Below, piece by piece: positions 23,701-39,745 of a stretch of DNA of 64,000 bases; position 1 is the stretch's first letter; each line of letters opens with the position of its first letter. The stretch comes from Minutocellus sp. GHC0000111 (Eukaryota): NCBI GenBank assembly GCA_977018835.1, contig OZ361256.1, forward strand, positions 4,712,001-4,776,000, in the 5' to 3' direction. Below the pieces are notes generated by a model. The model saw nothing but the letters and a program-made list of their open reading frames with translations, was not told the origin of the DNA and ran no database searches. The translations under genes and the position numbers were made by a program.

Positions 23701-23818
23701 GCTAAACCTGACCATAATCATCCCCGTCATATATAGACCTATTAAAAGCCTCACCGCCCCTGAATAATTCCCGCAACAGTTCGAAGGTCGATGATCCAGA
23801 TGCAAACATGTCGCTGTG
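20702..23818 (+). CDS. Multi-exon uncharacterised protein with a DGQHR (ParB/Srx-like) motif; exon joins uncertain
   Basis: 583-aa ORF 20944-22695 containing NIDGQHRGLA, flanked by ORF segments with GT..AG intron signals (~20890, ~22685-22803, ~23566-23735). Confidence 0.5.
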
Positions 23819-24779
23819 ATTCCCATGAGTGTGAATATCATGGAATCTACGAAAATGATGAGCAGGAGAACCATACTTGTGATGCCTCTGCCGAGCGTGA
23901 ATATCACCACCAAATTGAACATTAAAACGGTGATATTCTGATATTACACGAGGAAGATACTCATGATTCTGGCGACAGATAAAATGCAAGAATGTGCTTC
24001 CTCGCAGTAAAACTCGAGATCCGAATGGATCACTACGAAAGTGAAGACAACCAACGTACTCCATGAGGCGGTGATCAAACAAGTACCGATGATATCTCGA
24101 CGAGGACACAAGAGCTGACACCATGCCCCACTGGATGTCATCAGCATACCGCTCGACGACCCTGCCACGCTCGGAGACGCGAAAGAAAAGAACAAATATT
24201 TCACAAAGAAGCTGGCGAATGTAGAATAAATCCCTACAAGCAGCCGACAAAGAAGACATGGACATCATACTCCTCATCGTGCCATCGGCTTCCAATTGAC
24301 TGCTCCTGAGACCGGAATACGCTGATGATAAATACTGAGGAACATAAGTGCTCTCCACCCAACGAAAAAATCGGACTGTACAAGAATGACCGAGAAGGGA
24401 CATAACCACGCCAGACCAAGCATGCTTCATTCTCAGCAGCGCCGTCACTACCAGGACCAAGTATAGTGGACATCAACACGATGCGCCGAGCCAGCTCACG
24501 CCCAATAAATGATGGCCCGTTAACGAACCGAGAAAGCTCAATGCTCGCCCCCGTTGAAGAGGATGAGCCCTGACTGGAGATGCTCGACCTACGCATAAAG
24601 GATGGCACACAAACACACCAAAGCTAATAGCACGAAGTGCCGGGGCAACGCTCCGTATAAACTAACTAACAACAAAGATAAATCACTGCGATCATCACAT
24701 TAGAGGCCGCCCGGGACATCTGCACCAACAACATGATAAACGCAAGAACCCAACCCAAGAGCGATAACAACTCGCAGAA

Positions 24780-24809
24780 TACATGTACCTAGGTACCTAG
24801 GTACATGTA
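24780..24809. repeat. Perfect 30-bp palindrome
   Basis: tacatgtacctaggtacctaggtacatgta equals its own reverse complement. Confidence 0.95.
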
Positions 24810-25381
24810 CGCAGACAAGCACCAGATGGTCCCCCCTGGTGCCGCGCACATTTCCTCACCAAAACCACCCCGACGCGGGAGCACCACTCGTCATTCGTCA
24901 TCATGTGGTCCCGCAACGCATCGGCATCGGGGGAGGAGGTGCAAGCATAGACTACAGTAACCCAACAGATATGAGTCCATTGAGGACTGTTCTGTCTAAT
25001 ATGTTTAATTGTTGTCTACATATTACGGATACAAGGTTCCTGTGTTGGGTCTTTGGGTTTCAATCGAGACCACAAGCAAGCAAGAAAAATCATTTCACGA
25101 TGAGGCTCGACAACGACGGCAAAGTCAAGAGTGAGGCTTGCACATAGATCTATTCCAGGAACCTTTGCCGCTTTCAAACCAATTGGACAAATGATCACTA
25201 AATATGGCCCATGGAAGAGGCCTTGTATGCTTCATATGACCCTGAAGTGTCACCTTCCTGGAATGAACTCCAGCAATCGATCCAATGCTACCGACGCTAC
25301 ACATGCATTTCTGCTTCACTGGGGGGCTCCTGAATGTTGCACTGAATTGAATCAATCTTTGGCATCTTGGTTGCTACGTAG

Positions 25382-25821
25382 CTAAATGATTCCATTGCTT
25401 GCCAGGAACCCGACAGTGAGCACAACCAGGACCACCGTCACCTGTCCGGCAAGCTTGAGAGTTGGTCCCAATACGGCGTCGCCCGTTATTCTTTCTTCAG
25501 GTTCTTCGTCTACTTTTCGCGAAAGGAATCCTTGGTAATATTCGGACGATCCCACTTTCACATTCTCGTCATTGCTGTCTCCTTCGGCCATATTCACGAC
25601 AACATCAGACGCCGATGGCTTTAGAAAGGGTGGGACGGTCCGTGCGGCCAATGGAGATGGGTCGATAAATGCTGTTGCCGGCAGTGGTCTTTGTCGCGTC
25701 TTTCGCGCATGTAGCGGCCTCGGGTTGGCGTCATTTCGAGCAGATGCCAATGATGCGAGAAACAATAAAATGGCCACGGAAGCAGGCGGGTGGGTCGTCA
25801 TTTGCGGAGATAATCGAGCCA
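25382..25821 (-). CDS. Small secreted or plastid-targeted protein with C-terminal TM helix
   Basis: Signal-like VAILLFLASLASA, core GSSEYYQGFLSR...GDAVLGPTLK and a hydrophobic C-terminus; start codon uncertain. Confidence 0.6.
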
Positions 25822-26084
25822 TAGCTTCTTTACTGTTCAGTCTAATGTTATGCGAGGGGGGGTCGTGGGGGAATGAGAGCTCGAGTGAGGTTCGTTCTGC
25901 TAGGCAAAGTTCCTGCGCTGATGTGGCGCGCGCGGGAAACGAGCCTGCGCAGATATAACGATCGAGAGAGGAACTTTGGAGTGAACTCAATCGACGGGAA
26001 GGCAAACTCGGCACAAGGCATTGCACTTTGTCGCACGTACTGGTCACTTCATTTCTTTCTCGACGACATATCTCAGCATAAAGG

Positions 26085-28004
26085 ATGCCAGCAACAAGAA
26101 GACAGCGAGCAGCCGCCGTCGGCAAGACCGGTGGTGATGCGTCCGAATCTGAAGACGACTCCAGCAGTGACGAGGAGGACGGCGAGACCGAGCATTACTT
26201 CAACGGTGTCTACTACGAGTCCTACGAGCTCATGGTCCAGGCCAAGCGCGAGCGCAACCGCCAGAGACTCGAAGACAGCGGCCTGCTGCAGGCCTCCCGT
26301 GCATTCCGTGATGATGTGGAGGCGTCCAAGGCCTCCAAGAAGAGCGCCACCAAACGCGGCATCAAGACCGACAAGAAGCGCAAGGCTGCTCAGCCTCTTC
26401 CACGTCGCAAGTCGAGCCGCATTGCTGGAGTTCAGGCCGATGGCATGTACGTTGAGGATGAGCGCGCTGGTCGATTCACTATCGCTGGCTCGCCCTCGGC
26501 AGGTGGATCGGCTTCTGCTGTGGCTGCAGCCACTGTTGTCGAAGTAGAAAAGGAGCGTTTCTTCAATGATCGCATTAATGAGTGAGTGCAGTAATATCAG
26601 TGATATGGCATTCTGAGAGAAACTTGCTATTTTGGTTTGGGGGCAATTGCATCATATCATTTTATCTCATAAATCTTCTTTTCCCTCCTCTTACTTTGAA
26701 CTTATCACAGTGGCTCCGATATCTCGGTCAAGCAGGCAGCTGAATATCCCGGAAGCAAATGGGTCAAGGAGGGAACTGTCGAAGCTGCCGAGAAGTTCAT
26801 GGGTGACTTTCTTCCTTCTCTGGCTGACGATAAGGCCATGACTGCAGTGTCCAAAAGTCCCAAGTCGGTGACTCTCAAGGCCAGCCCAAAGAGCAGCAAA
26901 GGAGTATCCTCACTCACTGCTCAAATTGATGCTCTCAGTGTTGACGACGAGAATTGTGTCTCCAAGGTCGTCCCTGATCGCATCTATTCCGTGGCTTGTC
27001 ATCCCTCTCCTTCGACTCTTGTGGTTTGTGCTGGTGACAAGCAGGGACATGTGGGTCTATGGAACGTCGATCAAATTGGAGAGGAGTCCAATGACACCGA
27101 TGGAGTCCACCTGTTCAAGCCTCACAACCGCGTCGTCACTCATCTCGAGTGGAACCGTGCTGGTACCTCCCTAATCAGTGCTTCGTATGATGGATCCGTG
27201 CGCTTGTTTGATATTCAGACGCAAAAGTTTGATGAGATTTTCGCGACATATGACGATGATGCCAGCTTCAAGGGCACCCTCGGTTATGGTCTCGATCAGG
27301 GCTATGGATACTGGACCCAGTACGCATGCATGGATTCACGCAGCGCCGATGATCGTTGCCTGTTCCTCTCTACTTCCAAGGGCGCTGTTATGCATGTCGA
27401 TCTCCGTAGCAAGGGCAAGATTACCTTCCATCAGGAGCTTAGCGAGAAGAAGATCAATTCGGTAAGTCTCCACCCTGACGGCAACATCCTGGCCACGGCC
27501 GGTCTCGATTGTACCGTCAAGTTGTGGGACCTTCGCAAGTTCAAGACGCCCAAGGTAGCCCACAAGCCCACCACCGGATGCAAGCCCCTTGCCATCCAAC
27601 AGGCCGGCAAATCGGTTAACAGTGCCTTCTTCTCTCCCAGCGGCAAGACCATTGTTTCTACCACCATGAACAACTATCTCGATCTTACCGATGATATGCA
27701 TAAGCAATCAGGCACCGTCAAGGCCACCACGAAGATCCGTCATGACAACCACACCGGCCGTTGGCTGTCCACCTTCATGGCACAGTGGCATCCCACCATG
27801 ACGAGCCAGGAGATGTTCGTCGTTGGCTGCATGAAGCAGCCCCGTACTGTCGAGCTCTTCAACGGCGCCGACGGTAAGAGATTGCGCGGTGTTTCCGGTG
27901 AGAGCCTCACGGCCGTCGTCAGTCGATGCTGCCTCCATCCCCGTGAGGATCGCCTCATCGTCGTCGGTGGCAACTCCAGTGGACGCGTCACTGTCGCTCG
28001 CTAA
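26085..28004 (+). CDS. WDR76: WDR76/CMR1-like WD40 DNA-damage-binding protein, intron 26582-26710
   Basis: RIYSVACHPS, AGDKQGHVGLW, DCTVKLWDLRK and HDNHTGRWLS; the GTGAGT..CACAG intron joins the two ORFs in frame. Confidence 0.8.
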
Positions 28005-28227
28005 TATAATATCTTAATTGTAAATAAATGGAAATGATGATACAGATATGATATTTTGCAACGAAAACCTTCCTCTCTTTTACGTAAAAGTTAGTAATGA
28101 TATTACAACATAACCGCCCTTTCTATTTCAGGAGAGTCAACGATTTCCCTACAAAAAATGATTACACCAACAAAAAGAGCTCTCTAACATAATGTTCTAA
28201 ACAACGGTACAGGAACCCAAAAAATGC

Positions 28228-29008
28228 TTAGACGCTGCAGGTACTCTTGAGGTAGGCGATGAGGTCCTTGCGCTCAGCGGGCTTCTTGATGCCGGCGAAG
28301 ACCATCTTGGTGCCCTGTGGTTCAAAGGATAGAGAGAAAAGAAAGTGAAGAGGTTGGGTGAGTCAAAGATCTCCAAGGAATTCTGATCCGCAAGATTCAT
28401 TTGATGGGTGGTTCGGGATGCAGGACCCATCCCAAGGCCAATTCGATTCAATGATGTGCGGTGCGGTGCGGTGCAGGACCCATCATCATTTCCATTTTGT
28501 GCGCTCGTTCGTTCAGCCCGTCCGCAGATGATGTGGTCCCCCACGAGTCCCAGCATTAGACAAGCAAAAAGAGACCTTCTATCCGATCCAGTGGGAAGCA
28601 ATTAGTCCGAACCACGCCTGCCTGCCGACCGAACCCTCCGCGACAAATGACGGACGGGACAACGGAAGAAAACGGCACTGGCGAACAGAAGGACCAATGC
28701 CCGCATTGCATCGGCATTGTTTGTCAAGATACGAGATATTTTGATCATCACACGGAACGCACCTTGATGTACTTCTTGGGGTTCTCGAGGTAGTCGAAGA
28801 GGGTCTCGTCTCCCCAGGTGATGCCGGACTTCTTGTTGGCGGTGGAGTAGGAGTATCCCTCGGCCTGGCCGGACTGGCGGCCGAAGAAGCCGTAGAGGTT
28901 GGGCCCCTGCTTGTGGGCGCCGCCCTCCTCGACGGTGTGGCACTGCGAGCACTTGGTCTTGAAGACCTTGGCTCCCTTCTTTTCGTTGCCGCCCTTCTTC
29001 TTGCCCAT
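28228..29008 (-). CDS. CYC1: Mitochondrial cytochrome c, intron 28315-28762
   Basis: CSQCH heme motif, [30 protein letters not shown]. Confidence 0.97.
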
Positions 29009-29386
29009 GGTTGCTGTTGTTTTGGTTCTAATAAGTTGGTTCTAAAAAGTGCCGATTCGTGACGAAGCAAGGCGAACACTCGCCAACACAGCCAACACGT
29101 GGTCGTGGTTGGACAGTTGGACAGTTGGACAGGGTTTGGCTGCAGGTTATGAGCTCAAACTAACGGTACGTCCGTCGACCAAATGACTTACTCGACTGCA
29201 AAAATGAGGTACAACGTCAAGTATGCAGGCAACAGCCGAGCTGAGAATGAAGGGAGGCGGACGGAGGACGGACCACCACGAAAATTTTGAGTGAGCGAGC
29301 GCGAGCATGAAGCATGATGATGCCGAAGAAGCATGCATCTACGACGTATTGAACATTGAACCGACGTGGTAAAGAACAAAGCAACG

Positions 29387-32300
29387 ATGGCCAACACGGA
29401 GGGTATGCCCGACGAGGTGGTGGAGGAGATGCTCTCCCTGCCCTCTCCGTCGGAAGCTTCTGCTACGGCCGTTGCTGCATCTCGTCGTGCAGCTGCCGGA
29501 GGCGGTCGAGGCGCCGGCGGATCGGCGGCAAGTCGTGCCGAACGGATCCGAAGGAGGGACGAGGCCATGAGGGCGCAGAGGGAGCGAAAGTTGCAGCAGC
29601 AGCAGAATCAGCAGAAGGGCCAGGATGTTAGTAGTGGCAGCAGCGCTAGTGGTGGAGATCAGTCTGCCAAGATGGAATCGGCACAAGCATCGTCTTCCAC
29701 TGCTGCCTCGCAAGAAGAGTATGAGCGACGCAAGGTGGTCCAGCAGGCCCAGATGGATGCCCAGCCGGCCTTTCGGCTGCATGCATCGAGGGCGGAGATG
29801 ATGGACAATTGGTCGGAGGATGCAGGGATGATGCCGTCGGCGACCGTGGTGCGCTCGTCCAGGGCACCGGCCATACGGAGCAAGCATGGAGCCAAGACGC
29901 AAGCGCAAGCTCAAAGGCAAACGCAGGGCAATTCCAGCAAGGTTGCAAGTACCAAAATGGATATTGTTGGCGACATACAGGAAATGAAACAACCGGATTC
30001 AGATGCAGTGATAAAGGAAAGACCATCGGTATCATTTGCTGGTCATGAGAGAGGTCCATCCGCTCCTCCATCCGCTCCTACAGCTGCGGCTGCCAATAAC
30101 CTTCCCAAGCCAGTCATCAAGGCGGCAGCCATTCAGGAACGTCCCGTCCATCTCCGTTCCATGGCGGGCAGCATCCAGCAACAGCAGCAGGGGGGTACTC
30201 AGCTGCAGACTGGAGCAGGGGGGAAGAGGCCGTCCAAATTCCTGCAGAGGAGAATGCAGCAGCAAGGGAAGGCTGGAGGTGCTGATGCTGGTGCATGAGT
30301 TGGTACTGGAACGTCGTCTTTCTTTGTCGGTGGAACAGCTGGAGGATTTCCGTCTCTGGATGTACCTATTGGTACGTTCGCTCGAAAGGGTGGCAACAAA
30401 CAAACTACTACCAGACCGTCAGCCGTGGTAAAGGATGCAGTAGCTCTCGGAACACGGCCGCGGGAAGAGTCCAGGCAACGGGAAGGAGCTGGAGGCGGCG
30501 GCGGCGCTGACGGTGCGAACAATGCCGATTCCATGCTCTCAGGAATGTCTCGGGCTGAGATCATGGAAGGGATTGCCGAGATCGAATCGGCTTTATCTGA
30601 GCAATCGATTGCTTTCCTCAAGGCCAGGGGTCGAAAGAAGAAGCAGACCGCACAGGCGGCTTCTGGCCAAACGAGACAAGAGCCAGCGAGGGATATTATT
30701 TCTTCTTCCACTTTGTCTCCAAAGTCGAAAGAAAACGCTGCGCCAGAGGTGGATAAGGGAAAAGAGGCGGAAATTTTGTCTTCGATCAAAACTGAGGAGG
30801 ACTTGGATCGCGTTTATTCTGACTTCAATGTCAGCGGCGGTGCGCCAGTTCTTGAATCATCTGCTCCAGATATCGAGGCGCCTGGTGGCATGATCCAGAA
30901 TCTGGAATCAGCCACCGCCCTCTTGAGATCTACAGCGTATCGACAAACCATGCTGGCTGCAAAGACGACTTGTGAACTCCTATCGAAACGTATGAGTGCC
31001 ATAAGGCCAGGAGACGCTGCACAGTGCGGTGCATCCACAAACGACCGTGCATCTGCTGCTGATTATCCCGCTCTTCTTCCAGTAGCTTTGCGATGTTTGC
31101 TCGATTTGCCGCAAGCTTGTCGACATGAGCAGCTGCACTCATATGTTCTACAATCATTGCGTTACCTAGTGGACTTATTCGCGCACCCATCGCATAGGGT
31201 TAGCACAATCCTCGATGATATTGAACGAAATGCTTCTTCAGTTTATCACTTGAACTTTTTGGATGAGAATATACCGGCACCACCGGCTGCGTCCTGCTAC
31301 GAGAGCGGGTCATCGAAGCTTTCTGCTGCACAAAAGGTGGAAGATTCGCCAGTTGAGGGGGCTCTGTACGCAACAAATTCCTCTGCAGAGTCAGCGAAGA
31401 AGGATGGTGAAGCATTCTACGCCGACCCTCTGTGGACTTTGCTATCTCGGATGCGGATCATTCCATGTCTGGCAAGGATCATTGCCTCGGCCAAGGGACT
31501 GGGCTCAGAAAGTCTGCCGGAAGAGATCGTCACATCGATCTGCTCCATTTTGTCGATGCTCTCTCTCCGATCTCCCGGGGCTGCCTGCGCCATTGCGCAG
31601 CATCAGACTATCTTGCCACAACTAGTGGATATGACCCTAACTCCAGGTGCGCATTTTGGGCAAGCCGGGGAATCGAAGGAAAGCTTCTTGGTCAACCCGC
31701 GAGCTGCCCTGCCAACATTGAGTTTGATGTGTACCCTCGCCAGACAGTCTAGGACAGTGGCATCGCAAACGGAGCCTTTTGCATCCATTATTACAACATT
31801 GCATGCAATTTTGGGTATATCGGCAGAGACTGTGGAGGAGCTCGCCGTGCAGAAGCACTGCTTGCTCCTATGGAGGATACTGCTGCGGTATGGTCTCGCT
31901 ATTCCGCACCTTTCAACCTTCATCTCTCTCGCAACACCGTATCTGAGCACCAAGAACGAGACTGAATTTAGCCTGACGGCGGACTATCTATGTGCCTTCT
32001 CCAATGTTTGCGAATGCGCCAAAGTGATTACGCGTGCAAAGACTGAGAGCAGTATTCGGCTCACCGAGGAGCAAGCTGATACGTTGGCGATGGCCGGAGC
32101 TTGGTTATCTCCCCACGTCCAACAATGTGTTATCTTTCTGAAACAGATTGGAAGTGCTGACAACGCGAATGCCAATAGTACAAGGCTTACTGCCGCCCGA
32201 CTGCAATTCTTATTGTCGTATGTGGCGGCTTCTGCTCCCTCGGACATCATGAAGCTTGCTGTGATCGAAGAAGAGACAATGGGCACAAAGATGAATGATG

Positions 32301-34183
32301 TTGACAAATCTGCTTTTGTTTCCGTTGTATCAAGAAGAGATTGTATCTCAGCACTGCAAGCTATCTTCAAGTCCGGTTTAGTGGATGCCATTCTTAACAA
32401 GGTGTTGGTGTGGGCATTTGTGTCGGAGTGGAAGGGCCCGCTGCAAGTTCCTACGAGTGGGTCTGCGTCTTTATCATTTCCCGAGGAGGCGAACTCATGC
32501 GCGTTTCTCTCGGCATTTGTCTCGATGCTATCTAATATGATCAACAATGAATCGATTTTCGATGATGGAAATGGTTCGATGGAAGAAAGAGCAGAAGTCA
32601 AGTCAATTGCAGATGCGTTCTCCTCTCTGGTATACTCTACTCTGTCTGCCTTGTCTGCGACCGATCTGGAGGCGACGGCGATACCAACAGCGGCGCAGTC
32701 TGGTTGGATTGATGCTACTCTCTATGTTCTCGTCAAATTTCTTTGTTCGATGAAGCGACAAGATTCGAATGCATTATCTGCAAGTGATGAGGCCGAGACC
32801 GAGGCCGATGACGGGCTAAGGCTTCTGAGAGCGATGTCGTTTGCCTTGATTGGAAGATTGAAGGTGGGAGACGAAGCTATCGCAGCTGTCCTTCTCAGCC
32901 AAGATGTCTTGTTTGTGACTCCAAGTTTCAACGACCGAAATAACCAAGGATCACCGTTGCAAGCCATGTTGCTCCGAGAACTGGTCAATTCACCGCGCTC
33001 CCAGAGTCAACTTGATCATAGCTTCAAGCTTCACAGAGGTCATGGTATCACCACAGCCGGTCTTGGGGCATTTGGTCTCGAATCACTGAGAAGTGACGCC
33101 GAGTTTGTCGCTCCTCCGACTAGGGCCAATGAAGATGGCCAAGACCGCAGCATTGCAGTGGAACCACTCATTCCGCTGGGAAAGGTGTGGCTGTGGCAGG
33201 TACTTTCAAGTACAATCGACCCGCCACCAGAGACAAGCGCCCAACAGCGAGCTGAATTACTCCATGATGCCGCCGCCGTCATTGTATCATCGCTGGAGCT
33301 GTTAACATACCTGGAGAGAGGGGCGTCCTCCCGTGTTTACACAAGTCAGATTCATTCCGGCGCCAAGCTCTACCATCTCTCCAACTCCTGTCTCTTTCCC
33401 GAGGAAGTGCTTCGGCATGAAAAGTTTGAGCAGCTGTTTTGTAGCCTCTTCGAGGATATATCGTCCAGGGATGGCTTCCTGTCGATCCCCAAGGCTTATG
33501 TTGAGGCTTGCTACCAGCATTCTCGAACGACCCGAACAAAGTCTGATAATGACAGCGGAAAAACGAATGGAAATACAGATGAAGAGAAGCTCCTGGAACT
33601 CTTTGAGGGCAAGTCAAGCAAATCCCAGGAATTCAGCGCCAAGGAAGTCGCCGCTCTTGTGGATTTTGTCGGGGATATGTGTTCTGCGTACATCGAGTAC
33701 GGCGCTCAGTACGAATCTCTCAATCATTGTATTCGCCTTTTGCTTCGGTATGGATTTCCACCCAAGGCAAGGATAGAAATCATTACCAAGCTCCGAGGTC
33801 TGCTACATCCGCTCACCTTCCAAAGAGAACTGGATGGTGGATGCAGTGAGGGAATGGCCGGGTCCTTGGAATTGAGTTTGGCGGTTGGTTCTCAAAAGGA
33901 GCCGCCAGAGGTCTTGGATGCACTGGTGAACGCCCTGTCCTCAAAGGATCCAAATGACAGCATCCGCCGGTTAGATGCACAGACTGGTGGGTATGCCTAC
34001 TACTTTGCGGTCGCGTCCCTGGCCCACAGCTACGCAAGCAGTGTCCTGTCGAAAGAACCAGGAGCGCAAGAGGCGGCAGGTCGGCGAATGGATCGATTGG
34101 ACGACAAGACTCGAGCAGCTGTTTTGGGGGCTGCCGAAGCCATCGAGGAGAAAGGATTAGTCAGTGCCGTACAAAAGTCGTAA
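29387..34183 (+). CDS. RPAP1: RPAP1-like RNA polymerase II-associated protein; one in-frame TGA at 30296-30298
   Basis: NADSMLSGMSRAEIMEGIAEIESALSEQSIAFLKARG resembles the RPAP1 N domain; also GFPS and LLRSTAYRQ. Both ORFs share one frame. Confidence 0.65.
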
Positions 34184-34357
34184 ATAGGAATGCTCGTTAC
34201 CCTCTGCCAAATCTACTTTGGTTATTGCTATCGATCCACAGACAAAATTCTGTGATGTTTCTGTACAAGCCTAACGGGTACTCAAACCAGCCGCACCTAA
34301 TATCTGATCTGAACGGAAAATACCCGCCGAAAATAATAAACCACGTAGCACTCATAT

Positions 34358-36871
<2,514 letters not shown>

Positions 36872-38091
36872 TCACAGGTCCGATCCGATCCGACATGGGG
36901 CAATCGGCAGTCGGATGATATCATTCATTTGTGTTTATGGCGAGCCGCCGCGGGGATCGGGATGGGACCACCAGACGAACGAGAGGGGGGCGGGTCAAAT
37001 AAACGGTGTGAGTGTAAATGCATCAAAAAGAGAATATGAGAGTGTATAAAGAGATCGGCCAGCCGCGGTGCGACCACAAAGAGAGTCCACCCCGACCCGA
37101 CCACCGAAGCGTGCAAGCATCCTCCGACGCGACATCCGCCGCAATAAATGACGGTCCGTCCGATGCATTTGACCAACATTCGCTTGGAGTCGACTCCCAA
37201 TTCACGCCCGGCTACGCAGACCAACTGCCACCGCTGCATGTGGATCGCGCACTGCCATGCGGCTCGTACTGCCGGTCTTGGCGGTTCGGGCCCGAGTACT
37301 CTCCTGCAGGGCGATGCGGAATGCAGGAGCGGAGGGGCATGACTCAGCCCGTCAGTCATGCCGATCGGGAGGTTGCCGCGGCGGAGTCTTGTCCGGCCGT
37401 CCCACACCGACTGTTCCCCGGTGCAGCCGCAACCAGCCCATAAATATCAACCATTTGGTCATTAGAGGAAATGCCGTTGGGGGTCGTCGGCCGGTTCCAA
37501 GCGCATGACCCACGAGCGGCGGGTCAGCTACGACCCCCCAGCAATATCCGTCCCCCCGCTCCAGTTGGATACGAACGAGCCCTCTTCCGGGGTCTTCGCT
37601 TCGCGGACAGGGCACAAACCCAATCGCCGGGCGCTCCGCCGGTCACAATGCACACACACGCGCACACACACCAACGGCAACTTACGTCTCCTCTTGGCCT
37701 TCCTCCTGCTTCACCATGGTTGTTTGTTTTTTCGGGTTGCGTCTCGTGGTTGCTCCTGGAGCCAAAAATGAGGATCGTCATGGAGGGGCATCGAAAGCAT
37801 CTGGTGCTTCGCATGTTAATGTGCGCAAAAAGGTTTTTTTCAGCGTGTTTTGCGATGAAAACGGCATCCCCCGCCAGGTGGAAGGTGCAAGCAAACCTCG
37901 CCGTCGGCGAACACCAGCGGGGCGGAAGGCGGAAGGGGCGAAGCGAAGTCAAAGGCGTGGATGTCGAGGAGGAGTAAGGTGGATGAGACGCGGTCCGAGC
38001 GTCTCAACTCTGAATTAAAGTACATGCATTTCGATTTGATTTGCATTGTGATCTGGTGTGCCCAAAAGCAGCACGACCAACAAATGCAAAA

Positions 38092-39579
38092 ATGAGCACG
38101 AAGCAGAAGGCGCCAACACCCGCCACCACCACCACCACCACCACCACCAAAACCACCGATACCGACCACCTCTCATCCCTCCTCCACAACGCCTCGCTCA
38201 CCAACTCGGAATTGTTCGGTGCAATCCTCTCCGTCATCAAGAGTAGCAAGTCCATTGGAAGAAATGCCAAGCAGTGGATTCACAACTCAGTGCAAGGGTA
38301 CGATGCCATCTCGTCCATCGTCCACAAGGCAGCCGTCGGTGCAGACGGATGTGTCACCGAAGAGGATTGGATCCGAGAGTTCAACGATGTCTACAATGAT
38401 TTTCAACCAGAAAAAGAAGCAACACTGGAAAAGGAATGCAGTTCAGGTGAAAATGGTGTCAGTCGCAGCCTTGGAAGTATCGTCAGGGACATGCCAACCG
38501 ATGGACACGCACTGCGCCTTCGGCTTGCCTTGGAGGCCGTCGAGGCTGCTGCTACTACCCACAATGCCGATACTGCCGCATTGAACTCAGGCAGTGATGC
38601 CAAGAACATTATTATGACCGTCCGACAAGCGGTGAAATTACTTCGCGGAACGGCACTGGTGGGAAACGCCGAGCAGCAGTCCCGCGCCCTGAACTGTCTT
38701 GTCCACATTGTGCCTCGATTGGCATCGCATCCACTGGAGATATTGGCCATGGTGCAGACTCCCACTCTGCGATTGTTGGATTGGAAATGTCTGGAGGAAA
38801 TGTGTGCGTTTGTTTTCAAGTCGGATTCTCAGCGGCATTGCTTTCAGGCCATGATCAATTATGGGGCGGAGGAATACGATTGTACCGAGGATGAGAAGAA
38901 TGATGGTCTTTCATGAAGTACCAACAGGAATGGCAATCAAAGGAGAAAGAGGCCGTGGGAAGATATTGACATACTGAAGAATAGAATTGACAGCAACAAA
39001 GAAGATACGACAGTGATGATGCGTCTGGTTGAGGCGGCGCATCTAGCCCGTCGTGGCGATCAGCGTGGGGCAAAGCACGGTGCCGTTTTGTGCATACCGG
39101 CGGATGATTCCATCTCTATGGACGCCATAACAATCCAATCTCCTATTGGGCTACAAAGAGTCATTGGCAGAGGTTGGAATCACAACATCCTCCTCGATTC
39201 CAGTAAGGGCAAGAACAAGATTGTGCTGCACAGCGAAGTTCACGCAGCAGCAGACGCGATCCGAAAATTCGGTGAGATAGAATGCTTCGAGAGGTTGTTT
39301 CCCCGAGCGACCGTTCTGATTGTCGAGCTTGTCGATGATTGTGCCTTTGAGACATGCCATCCCTGTCCTAAATGCAACACATTTCTTCGTGCGGTGGGGA
39401 TAACGAGAGCGGCCCACTCTACGCCAAATGGAACAATGGATGAGACTGATTTGAGCCCAGCAAATCCTAAACTGCTGGCCAGGGATGTTGCCAGAGTTCC
39501 GTTTTGTGCCGCATGCACTGAGATGCAGATTCAGTGCAAACGATTGGAGGAGGCTACCAAAGCGGGTTCGGGAACATGA
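38092..39579 (+). CDS. Protein with C-terminal zinc-dependent nucleotide/nucleic-acid deaminase domain; in-frame TGA at 38914-38916
   Basis: KHGAVL, IGRGWN, HSEVHA (HxE) and HPCPKC (PCxxC); the upstream ORF is in the same frame with an open linker. Confidence 0.7.
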
Positions 39580-39745
39580 AATACAAAAGTTATTACTATC
39601 AGATTACAAAGACTGTTCTGCGATATAACTGTGCTCTTCCTTCTGAATTCTACAAAATGCACTCAACATCTACAAATATTTTCCAAAAGGCACTTCACAC
39701 TTCCTTGCCTCTCAGGCATGCAGGGGCAGGGCACAGCTCAAATGC

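Noticed and set aside
23702..25385. ORFs 23702-24460 (-), 24839-25147 and 25131-25385
   Set aside because: No recognisable motifs; they look like shadows or decayed fragments.
28315..28762. snoRNA in the long cytochrome c intron
   Set aside because: RTGATGA boxes occur, but there is no convincing D box or terminal stem.
37018..38018. Cluster of 100-170 aa ORFs upstream of CDC48
   Set aside because: GC-rich intergenic sequence with overlapping ORFs in several frames and no protein-like features.
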